A stretch of 23,648 nucleotides of DNA from a bacterium. GTDB taxonomy: Bacteria; RBG-13-61-14; DATKZS01. The notes under the pieces were generated by a model that saw only the letters and a list, made by a program, of their open reading frames with translations, searched no databases and was not told the DNA's origin. Of the stretch, positions 1 to 6,976 are shown piece by piece. Numbering within the stretch: position 1 is the first letter of the stretch; every line of letters starts with the position of its first letter. The position numbers and the translations under genes were made by a program. The stretch covers positions 1 to 23,648 of the forward strand of contig JAWOBU010000077.1 of the NCBI GenBank assembly GCA_046484135.1. Direction: 5' to 3'.

Positions 1-92
1 GTCGCGGATAAATTGAACGATCTTTTTATCTGGTCCGGGAAGCAGATACAAGATCACCTTAGTTGGAACGTGGTTTGGCGATAGAAAGACCG

Positions 93-124
93 TTTGGACA
101 CTATTTGGACACACTTTGTCCAAA
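93..124. repeat. TTTGGACAC tandem direct repeat plus an inverted copy, downstream of the tRNA 3' end (candidate integrase arm-type sites)
   Basis: TTTGGACAC at 93-101 and 104-112 (11-bp period); TTGTCCAAA at 116-124 is the reverse complement of TTTGGACAA. The function is inferred from position. Confidence 0.5.
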
Positions 125-228
125 CAAACTCATATTAACCCACAAAAACCCCCATAGACTCGACTGTGTTTTCTACTTGGCTTCACCCGGAAAATGTTGG
201 AATATTGCCGACGTATCTGTTTTTTAAC

Positions 229-305
229 TGGCGCGCCCGGCGTGATTCGAACACGCGGCCTGCGGATTAGAAGTCCGCTGCTCTGTCCAACTGAGCTACG
301 GGCGC
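229..305 (-). tRNA. tRNA-Arg (anticodon UCU)
   Basis: Reverse complement reads GCGCCCGTAGCTCAGTTGGACAGAGCAGCGGACTTCTAATCCGCAGGCCGCGTGTTCGAATCACGCCGGGCGCGCCA (77 nt). It has the acceptor stem, D arm, anticodon arm GCGGA-CT-TCT-AA-TCCGC, T loop GTTCGAATC and an encoded CCA. Confidence 0.98.
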
Positions 306-322
306 AATAAGAGTATGAGAAA

Positions 323-351
323 AGGATAGTTTCAGCCGCTCCGGATGTCAA
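323..351 (-). promoter_or_regulatory. sigma70-type promoter of the tRNA
   Basis: Minus strand TTGACA (351-346), 17-bp spacer, TATCCT (328-323), just upstream of the tRNA. Confidence 0.85.
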
Positions 352-377
352 GCGGGCCTGCGGCTTTAAGTGGCTCG

Positions 378-420
378 GAAGAGAAAGGGCCGCCTCCCGC
401 TTACGAGAGACGGCCCTCTC
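378..420 (-). terminator. intrinsic terminator (possibly bidirectional)
   Basis: Stem 386-396 / 407-417 with one G-U pair on the minus-strand RNA, followed by TTCTCTTC; lies after the 480-860 ORF and before the tRNA promoter. Confidence 0.7.
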
Positions 421-479
421 TTTGTAAAATCAGTCCGGCTTTCTCATTTTTGTTGGAGCATTACGCCGGGTTTATCACT

Positions 480-860
480 TCACCTTTTGAAAAGGCGGTA
501 GAGATCATAATACTGGAGCGTTCCCCCGCTTTCATCAGCATAGGCTCCGCCGCCGATGTTGGTCCCTGCGGGAGCGCCCACTTTCATCACGAAGGTTTTG
601 CTTATGTTGTCTCCGCTGTTTTCTGTGTCATCAAGCGCCAGGGCCGGGAAGTAGTTTCCGTTGTTGTTTACCACGACTCCTCTCACGGTCCGGGCTTCTT
701 GTCCTTTACAGTCTATTACCACGTTGTCGGAGTACTCCACGTCCCAGAAGTTGGCTATGTCGGTGCTTCCGTCCTTTGCCTCCGGAAGGCTTACGGTGCA
801 GGCAGTGGTCTGTAGAGTGCTGCCGTCGCTTGCGTAGATGAGCCGGTGCTTTGCTTTCAT
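480..860 (-). CDS. hypothetical protein or decayed gene fragment (Gly/Asn/Asp/Thr-rich)
   Basis: Open frame from ATG 860 (ORF track extends it to 956), followed by a terminator. No family recognised and no clear RBS. Confidence 0.35.
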   Translation of the reverse strand: MKAKHRLIYASDGSTLQTTACTVSLPEAKDGSTDIANFWDVEYSDNVVIDCKGQEARTVRGVVVNNNGNYFPALALDDTENSGDNISKTFVMKVGAPAGTNIGGGAYADESGGTLQYYDLYRLFKR

Positions 861-1324
861 GTTGGTCCCGTCAAACGGGCTGGCCTCGCCCTGCCTTTTC
901 TTTACCGCCATGAGCTGGCCGGCTTCCAGGGTAGCCAATCGCCCGGGAGGAACCACCTGATGGAACGCTAATCAGCTTTATAGGGGATGCCAGCTATGCC
1001 CGTAAATTAGGGAAAGCGGTTCTGACGAGTGCCCGGAATTCATAACCCCGCTTATTCTTTGCTCGGACCAGGAAGCGTGGCATATTTGCCTCACGGTGCC
1101 CGGGAAAAGTTTTGTTCTGCTAAAACAGAGAGATAGATGACAAGTCCCGGCATTGGTGCACACCGGTCTTTGTTGTGTTGCTCTCGTGCCACACTTTAGG
1201 GAAGAAGAGCCGCTCCTCTGAGTGATTCATCCTACTCTTTCAGCGATTTTATGAGGAAAACATGAGCTGGAAATCGTCCCTTTTCGGGTAGGGGCGGCAA
1301 GCATTCCGGCGGGAGCTTGCTACG

Positions 1325-1337
1325 TAATCTCTTGATT
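1325..1337 (-). promoter_or_regulatory. IHF consensus site upstream of lpxC
   Basis: Minus strand AATCAAGAGATTA matches WATCAANNNNTTR, about 100 bp upstream of the sigma54 motif. Confidence 0.5.
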
Positions 1338-1435
1338 TTCTTCAATAAAATAACATGCTCCAGTGTCCGGTTGCAACAAGGGTTACCTCCGGTTCGATTT
1401 GTTCTGCCGGAAAAAAGCCCCAGCTCCTTTCTTTA

Positions 1436-1451
1436 TGGCACGAATTTCGCT
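1436..1451 (+). promoter_or_regulatory. sigma54 (-24/-12) promoter of lpxC
   Basis: TGGCACGAATTTCGCT has exact GG-N10-GC spacing and a perfect TGGCACG, 55 bp before the lpxC ATG. Confidence 0.75.
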
Positions 1452-1505
1452 ACTTCCACTTACAAATACCACCACTGAAGAGAAAAAGGTTTTGCAAAAA
1501 GCGGG

Positions 1506-2420
1506 ATGTGCAAAAGAACCATAGAAAAAACAGTTAGTTGCAGCGGCATTGGGGTCCACGCCGGCGAGGAGGCCACGGTAGTCATAAAACCGGCTCCGCC
1601 CGATCACGGGACCGTGTTCGTGCGCACGGACCTGGACCCGCCGCTCCGGATTGTGGCGACTTATGAAAACATAAAGTCCGGCATTAATGCCACCACCATC
1701 GGCGAAGGGGGTGTTTCCGTATCCACTATCGAGCATCTCATGGCTGCTCTGTCCGCCCTCATGATAGACTCGGTGGAGATCGAGGTCAACGGCCCGGAGC
1801 TTCCCATCATGGACGGTAGCGCGGCTCCTTTTGTCTCGCTCATCAAGTCGGCGGGTATCCGGAAGCTGGACTGTTCCCGCCGCTACCTGGTGGTGGAAAA
1901 GCCGGTGCAGGTAAATATAAACGGCAGCCGCGCCTCAATCCGGCCTTCCCTGGTGCCCTCGGTGAACTGCTCCATAGCCTACGACCATCCCTATCTCCGT
2001 TACCAGCAAAGGGCCGTTAGAATAAACCCGGCGGATTTCGAAAGCGAAATAGCAGCGGCCCGGACCTACGGCTTCCTGGAGGACGTCAACCGGCTGCGCT
2101 CCATGGGACTTGCCAAGGGCGGCTCGTTGGAGAACGCCCTGGTTCTGGACAGCAAGGGAGTGGTGAATGAAGAGGGCATGCGCTATCAGGACGAGTGCGT
2201 GCGACACAAAATCCTGGACGTGATCGGGGACATGGCCCTGACCGGCATGCCGGTCCTGGGCGAGGTCTACTGCCACAAGTCCGGACACCGCCTCTCCCAC
2301 AAGCTCATCACCGAACTCATGAAAAACCCCGACAGCTACCGCATCGTGGACGAATCGGAACTCGACGCTCCCGGTCCCCTCGAAGAGAAAACCTTAGCCC
2401 AGGCGTCAAGCTGGGTGTGA
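1506..2420 (+). CDS. lpxC: UDP-3-O-acyl-N-acetylglucosamine deacetylase
   Basis: Motifs RTI..GIGVHAG, STIEHLMAAL, ELPIMDGSA, ARTYGF, GGSLENALV, RHKILDVIGD and KSGH. Confidence 0.97.
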   Translation: MCKRTIEKTVSCSGIGVHAGEEATVVIKPAPPDHGTVFVRTDLDPPLRIVATYENIKSGINATTIGEGGVSVSTIEHLMAALSALMIDSVEIEVNGPELPIMDGSAAPFVSLIKSAGIRKLDCSRRYLVVEKPVQVNINGSRASIRPSLVPSVNCSIAYDHPYLRYQQRAVRINPADFESEIAAARTYGFLEDVNRLRSMGLAKGGSLENALVLDSKGVVNEEGMRYQDECVRHKILDVIGDMALTGMPVLGEVYCHKSGHRLSHKLITELMKNPDSYRIVDESELDAPGPLEEKTLAQASSWV

Positions 2421-2468
2421 AGCTCCCGCCCATACGTTTCATATCAGCGATATACAAAATCATTGTAT

Positions 2469-2502
2469 CACGCAGACAGGGCAGACAGGGAGTTCGCTCC
2501 CA
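2469..2502 (+). repeat. 34-bp direct repeat, copy 1 (left flank of the MNT-HEPN cassette)
   Basis: CACGCAGACAGGGCAGACAGGGAGTTCGCTCCCA, 32/34 identical to 3461-3494. Confidence 0.9.
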
Positions 2503-2634
2503 CCATTCAAAGACTTTATTACCACCTCGATCATAAGATTTTTTGAAAGAGGCTCCCCGACATAAAAGCCAGCAGCCAAGGATTGCACTTCTTACACTCT
2601 TAATAAGGCTTTTGCCGCTCCTCCGTTTCCCCTT

Positions 2635-3061
2635 TCATCTGTTTCCTTGATCAAGGTACTCTTTCAATGATCCCATTATGGCTTCGCGCACTTTTGTAGC
2701 CAGCCCTACTGCTTGTCTTGCTTCTTCAAAGGAAATTTCAGTCACAATTAACCGGGGTAGCGAATATTAACGCTGTAATCCGTTAAACCGCCCGCCTCTC
2801 GAAGGGACTCGGACATACTATTGTCCTGGGAAGCGATAAGGTCCAGCAGTTCATCCAGATCATGTGTTTTGGGGAACTCGACCTGGTGTGCTACCAGATA
2901 GGCTTGAGGAATTTCTCAGCGGCCTGCTGAGAGTGGAAACCAATGGCCTCGAGGTATGGAGAGTTCTCCTCCAAAAGGTGCGAGGCCAATCCCAAATCTT
3001 TTTCGGCTTTTGCAAGCCATTGCCGGACCAGTTCGCGCTTGACCTCTTCAGGCGGCCTCAT
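2635..3061 (-). pseudogene. HEPN-domain toxin pseudogene with two lesions
   Basis: ATG 3061 gives MRPPEEVKRELVRQWLAKAEKDL...FHSQQAAEKFLK. A frameshift near 2902 leads to TAG at 2893-2891. The alternate frame continues YLVAHQVEFPKTHDLDELL...DYSVNIRYPG to TAA at 2750-2748. After another frameshift it reads TEISFEEARQAVGLATKVREAI... to TGA at 2637-2635. Confidence 0.88.
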
Positions 3062-3368
3062 AAATGACTTTCCCGTACTTGTGAGCGGGATAGGCCATGC
3101 CGCCCACGATGTTCTTGCTCTCCTCGAATCTCTCGGGGGTCATCAAGATTATGTCAAAAGGATAGCCCATGCCTTGCAAGGCCCGGCGTATGCTCGATCT
3201 CCGTTCCCGCTTCCCGTCCGGATCTCGTTCGAGTATCAAAAGATCAATGTCGCTGTCAGGAGTCATCTCGTTCGAAGCGGCCGAACCGAAAAGGATGATC
3301 CTTTCGGGATGCGCGACCTCCAGTATCCGCCTGATGATCTCGTCTATAAGTTCATGATCCGCTTTCAT
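3048..3368 (-). CDS. minimal nucleotidyltransferase (MNT) antitoxin
   Basis: PERIILFGSAASNEMTPDSDIDLLI contains the GS-x10-DxD motif; GGGGA RBS before ATG 3368; its end overlaps the HEPN start. Confidence 0.92.
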   Translation of the reverse strand: MKADHELIDEIIRRILEVAHPERIILFGSAASNEMTPDSDIDLLILERDPDGKRERRSSIRRALQGMGYPFDIILMTPERFEESKNIVGGMAYPAHKYGKVIYEAA

Positions 3369-3460
3369 TGCAGTATCCCCTAAATTGGGGTGCATAAGAA
3401 CCCCTCTGCTGGAATGTGCCCTATTTTAATATGGCGTCCACGGTTGTGCAATCTGCAAAG

Positions 3461-3494
3461 CACGCAGACAGGGCAGACAGGGAACTCGCTCCCA
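3461..3494 (+). repeat. 34-bp direct repeat, copy 2 (right flank of the MNT-HEPN cassette)
   Basis: CACGCAGACAGGGCAGACAGGGAACTCGCTCCCA. Confidence 0.9.
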
Positions 3495-3526
3495 AAAGGA
3501 GAAGCAAGAATTTTGCAAAAGTCCTC

Positions 3527-4150
3527 TTACTTTTTCTTTTCCAGCTCTCGGATGCGTTCCTGGATGCGCTGGACCTCTTCGGTAAGGCTTTGGGCCTGTT
3601 CCTTCAGAACGGAGACTTCTTCTTCCTTGGACATGCTGCTCTGTCCGGGATCGGAGCCGGCGCCTGGTCCGGGGGGAGCGTCCTGCGGCCCTCCTTGACC
3701 CATGCCGCGGCCCATACCACGGCCCTGGCCCATACCTCGGCCCATGCCGCGGCCGCCGCCCATTCCTCGGCCGCCGCCCATGCCGCGACCCATGCCGGCA
3801 TGGCTTTCCACGTTCGGAGCGGAACTCGGTTTGAGAGCACCGCCTTTGAACTTTTCCACGGCCTCCCGGACCGTGCCGGAAACACCGGTTATAAGCTGGA
3901 GCCCGGCCTCCGAAAGCACCCGGTAGGCGTTGGGACCGCAGTTGCCGGTCAAGACCGCGGAAGCACCTTTGTCCGACATGAGCTGGCCCGCCTGAATGCC
4001 GGCGCCGCCTCCGGCGTAAGCGTTCTCGTTCTCCAAGGCCTCGTACTGCATGGAGTCGGTATCCACCAGCACGAAATAGGCGCACCTTCCAAACCTGGGA
4101 TCCACCTGGGCGTCCAGGGACGGCTCGACCGCGCTTACCGCTACTTTCAT
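3527..4150 (-). CDS. NifB/NifX (MTH1175/Orp-like) metal-cluster-binding protein fused to GMG repeats and a DUF5320-like coiled-coil tail
   Basis: N-terminal MKVAVSA..VDPRFGRCAYF..GAGIQAGQ..LTGNCGPNA; seven GMG units; C-terminal SKEEEVSVLKEQAQSLTEEVQRIQERIRELE. Confidence 0.9.
   Translation of the reverse strand: MKVAVSAVEPSLDAQVDPRFGRCAYFVLVDTDSMQYEALENENAYAGGGAGIQAGQLMSDKGASAVLTGNCGPNAYRVLSEAGLQLITGVSGTVREAVEKFKGGALKPSSAPNVESHAGMGRGMGGGRGMGGGRGMGRGMGQGRGMGRGMGQGGPQDAPPGPGAGSDPGQSSMSKEEEVSVLKEQAQSLTEEVQRIQERIRELEKKK
3692..3796 (-). repeat. intragenic low-complexity repeat encoding seven GMG(R/GGR/QGR) units
   Basis: Residues 119-153 of the 207-aa protein. Confidence 0.9.
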
Positions 4151-4193
4151 GGTATTCTTCCTTTCTTTTGCGTTAATACCTCTTCCTCAATTT

Positions 4194-4224
4194 TTAGGAT
4201 ATCCTAACTTTTGCGGGTTTGCAA
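4194..4224 (-). promoter_or_regulatory. sigma70 promoter overlapped by a perfect 14-bp palindrome (DtxR/MntR-like operator)
   Basis: TTGCAA (4224-4219), 17-bp spacer, TATCCT (4201-4196); TTAGGATATCCTAA at 4194-4207 covers the -10. Confidence 0.7.
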
Positions 4225-4251
4225 GGGAAACATCCGAATCTTTTGGGGGCG

Positions 4252-4364
4252 GCGACATGTAAGGGGGGGGGCAAGTAAACCGTCAATGTCCACGCCCGCT
4301 TTTATATGCGGCCGAGACGGCCGCGTTCCCAGGTGTAGTTCCCTCAAACCCCCTTACATGTCGC
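4252..4364. repeat. MITE/REPIN-like element with 16-bp perfect terminal inverted repeats and an internal REP hairpin
   Basis: GCGACATGTAAGGGGG (4252-4267) and CCCCCTTACATGTCGC (4349-4364); internal GCGGCCG-AGA-CGGCCGC-GTTCCCAGG (4308-4333). Confidence 0.7.
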
Positions 4365-4376
4365 AAGCCCACTCTT

Positions 4377-4405
4377 TTGACATTCTTATCAATAGCTGAT
4401 AGCTT
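4377..4405 (+). promoter_or_regulatory. sigma70-type promoter of the glycosyltransferase gene
   Basis: TTGACA, 17-bp spacer, TAGCTT, with a TGn extension. Confidence 0.55.
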
Positions 4406-4444
4406 TGGTCCGTTCCTGAAAAGCGACTTATCATATAATGGACC

Positions 4445-6328
4445 ATGAAAAGCCGGATGGAAAAAAGCTCCCGGGTTCGGATGCCTTCCCCGCCTGACGA
4501 CAAGAGTCTCCTTTCCAAAATTTATCGGAACACGCCCCTGCTTTTGATCGCGGGTCTTTACCTGATCCTGGCCGCCTACCGTATCGAGGTCAAGAGCCTG
4601 TGGGTGGACGACGCCTTCAGTATCCGGGACGCCAAAGAGCTTACCGACTTCAACTGGATTCGGCCTCTGTACTTTATGGTGCTGCGGGCCTGGATGGCCT
4701 TTGGTAATGGCCCGGTGTATCTTAAAATTCCCACTCTCTTTTTCGGCGCTCTCTCGGTGGTATCTCTCTACTTTCTTGTAAAAGAAGTCTTCGGCAAGAG
4801 CGCGGCCTTAATCGCCGGGCTGGTACTGTCTGCCTCCAGCACTTACATCTACTTCTCGCAGCAGATCAGGTTCTACACCCTGATCACGCTGTTTGCCGTG
4901 ATCTCCACTTGGGCCCTTATAGCGCTGTGTCAAAAGTATCGGCCTTACAAGCTCCTGCTCTACTGGATCATCCTGGTTGCCGGACTGCTCGTGTCTCCAA
5001 CTCTCGTCCTGCTTTATCTGTTTCATCCTCTTTATGTCGCCCTGTTCTATAGAAGGGAATCCAACCTGCTCAAGAAATACCTGGCGAGCGGCGGCGCGGT
5101 TATAGCCCTTTGTTCCCCTTACGGTTGGTTCGTTCTCGAGAAGATCATGTGGTGGAACCGGGAGTCATGGATCAAAGGGATTGAAGTTCCCTCCGTATTT
5201 AATATAACCGAAGCCCTTTCCGTTATCGGCAGGCTTGTCTTTTCCTTCAGGGAGGGGGTCGCCTTTTCTCCCTATGCAGGCGCGGCAGTGGTTGTCCTGT
5301 TCCTGGCACTGGCTGTCTTATGTTCCAGATACAGGAAAAAAGAAACGCTTCTCGTGCTTTTATCGTTTGTTCTGCCCCTGGCTGTATTGCTGGCGGGATC
5401 GAGCTTCGAGCTTCGGTTTTTTCACCGCAAGACCCTGTTTTCTGTCCTGCCTTTGATTGCAGCTGCCGCTGGTGTGGTGATGATGCGCGCGCCCGCCTGG
5501 GCCAGGGCCCTCGTGCTGGCCGGTTATCTTGCGTTGAACCTGTCCCTTTTACAGGACTTCTATGAAAAGCGCGCTTTCCACGGCGAAAGGTGGGAAGAAG
5601 CCGCTGCGTTCCTGGACAAAAGGGTGCATCGCCAAGGGCTGTCCCTGGTGTTTTTCCCCCATGACGCGGTCCACGCTTTTAAGTATTACGCTGATAAAAG
5701 TTACCACTACCGCCTGATTAATCAGTATCAGGACCTGGAGAAAATCAAGCAAGACCTGGATGCTATCTTGAAGGACATGAAGAACAGGCAGTTCACGTTA
5801 ATCTTGAAGACCAACAACTACAAGGCCCGGATGTTAATAGACCATATCAGCCGCCTCGAAACGGACATGAAAGTTTACCGGTTCGACAAGCTCGAGGTTA
5901 TGGTGCCAAACGAAAAAGAGGGGGCCTCTTCGCGGCATTGTCATGAAAACCGGTGCTTCCTCCGGAGGGGCGATATGCTGACGCCGGGAGACCTGGCTTT
6001 CATGGCGGAGAGGTGGAGCGGCAAAGAAAAAGCGGTGCACTGGTCGGCCGGCAAAGGTTGCGGCGACCAGGAGGGAGAATGGAGCGCCGGCTTTACCTTG
6101 CGGGGGGCGGTGCCCGCGAATCCGGACCTGGAGAGGCTGGGCTGGCGAAACCCGGACCCCGAACACTATTGCAAAGGGAACTCGCCCTGGTTCGTGCTCG
6201 AGAAGCCCGCGGAAGAAAAGACATGCACCTCCCTTGCTTTCCGCTGCAAGAGCAGGGGCGAAGCCTACAGGATACACGTCTGGGAAGAATCGGATTGCGA
6301 TCTGAAACTGCGATGGAAGATGAAATAG
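4445..6328 (+). CDS. GT-C fold membrane glycosyltransferase (GT39/PMT_2/ArnT-like) with a C-terminal soluble extension
   Basis: SLWVDDAFS after the first TM helix, PLYFMVLRAW, YFSQQIRFY, many hydrophobic helices; start codon uncertain. Confidence 0.85.
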   Translation: MKSRMEKSSRVRMPSPPDDKSLLSKIYRNTPLLLIAGLYLILAAYRIEVKSLWVDDAFSIRDAKELTDFNWIRPLYFMVLRAWMAFGNGPVYLKIPTLFFGALSVVSLYFLVKEVFGKSAALIAGLVLSASSTYIYFSQQIRFYTLITLFAVISTWALIALCQKYRPYKLLLYWIILVAGLLVSPTLVLLYLFHPLYVALFYRRESNLLKKYLASGGAVIALCSPYGWFVLEKIMWWNRESWIKGIEVPSVFNITEALSVIGRLVFSFREGVAFSPYAGAAVVVLFLALAVLCSRYRKKETLLVLLSFVLPLAVLLAGSSFELRFFHRKTLFSVLPLIAAAAGVVMMRAPAWARALVLAGYLALNLSLLQDFYEKRAFHGERWEEAAAFLDKRVHRQGLSLVFFPHDAVHAFKYYADKSYHYRLINQYQDLEKIKQDLDAILKDMKNRQFTLILKTNNYKARMLIDHISRLETDMKVYRFDKLEVMVPNEKEGASSRHCHENRCFLRRGDMLTPGDLAFMAERWSGKEKAVHWSAGKGCGDQEGEWSAGFTLRGAVPANPDLERLGWRNPDPEHYCKGNSPWFVLEKPAEEKTCTSLAFRCKSRGEAYRIHVWEESDCDLKLRWKMK

Positions 6329-6360
6329 CCCCCAGTTTTCGGGACGGCGCTTGAGAGCTG

Positions 6361-6369
6361 TGTTATAAT
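6361..6369 (+). promoter_or_regulatory. extended -10 promoter for the GNAT-M20 operon
   Basis: TGTTATAAT (TGnTATAAT) about 75 bp upstream of ATG 6443. Confidence 0.55.
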
Positions 6370-6442
6370 ACATAGAAAATTTATGAAGCCGAGCCTGGCT
6401 TATATCAGTAGAAACTTTAAATCGAGGTGAGAATTAAAAGCC

Positions 6443-6976
6443 ATGGGAGAAGACGAGCAGGAGAGTAAGCGGCGGAGGGCCTACGTGGAAATCAGGGAGA
6501 TTGAGATAGACGACATACCTTCAGTGTTTCACCTGGGGGAGAAGCTTTTCACGTCTTCTGCCGCCCCCAACCTCTATCGGACCTGGGACGAGTTCGAGGT
6601 TACCGGCATGTTCCAGGAGGACCCCGGCCTGTGCTTGGTGGCCGAGTATGATGACAGGATCATCGGTTTTGCCATGGGCACGACCATCGAGAAAAGCCAT
6701 TCAGCCTGGAAGTACGGCCACCTGGCCTGGATGGGGGTTGACCCCGAGTATCAGCGGCACGGGGTGGCGACCCGGCTTTTCCAGGCCTTCCGCGATCGGG
6801 TGGCGCAGGCGGGCGTGCGCATAGTCCTGGTTGACACCGAGGCTGACAACGAGCGGGCCATCCGCTTTTTCCAGGACCTGGGCTTCCGGAACCCGGAGGA
6901 TCACATCTACCTTTCCCTGAACATTGACCAGCACTTGAAGCTTTTGAAGGAGAAGAACGGCAAGAACAATGACTGA
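6443..6976 (+). CDS. GNAT family N-acetyltransferase
   Basis: Motif A MGVDPEYQRHGVATRL and motif B NERAIRFFQDLGF. Confidence 0.93.
   Translation: MGEDEQESKRRRAYVEIREIEIDDIPSVFHLGEKLFTSSAAPNLYRTWDEFEVTGMFQEDPGLCLVAEYDDRIIGFAMGTTIEKSHSAWKYGHLAWMGVDPEYQRHGVATRLFQAFRDRVAQAGVRIVLVDTEADNERAIRFFQDLGFRNPEDHIYLSLNIDQHLKLLKEKNGKNND

Noticed and set aside
130..351. 73-aa ORF on the minus strand
   Set aside because: It overlaps the tRNA gene and its promoter.
345..815. 156-aa ORF on the plus strand
   Set aside because: It runs through a terminator hairpin, has no RBS or recognisable motif, and is antisense to the minus-strand ORF.
975..1192. TGGCA-containing sigma54-like motifs near 990 (-), 1078 (+) and 1190 (-)
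   Set aside because: None has the required GG-N10-GC spacing.
2505..2630. Possible decayed gene fragment between the HEPN stop and the left repeat
   Set aside because: Only a vague resemblance to GxxExxY-type proteins; too weak to support by eye.
3692..3796. Short tandem repeats as a possible CRISPR array or VNTR
   Set aside because: They are in-frame coding GMG repeats with synonymous variation and no spacers.
3527..4150. Evidence for nitrogen fixation
   Set aside because: NifX-like domains are common outside diazotrophs and no nif genes are present in the window.
4263..4272. G10 tract as a phase-variation switch
   Set aside because: It is neither in a coding region nor in a promoter spacer; it is part of the inverted-repeat element.
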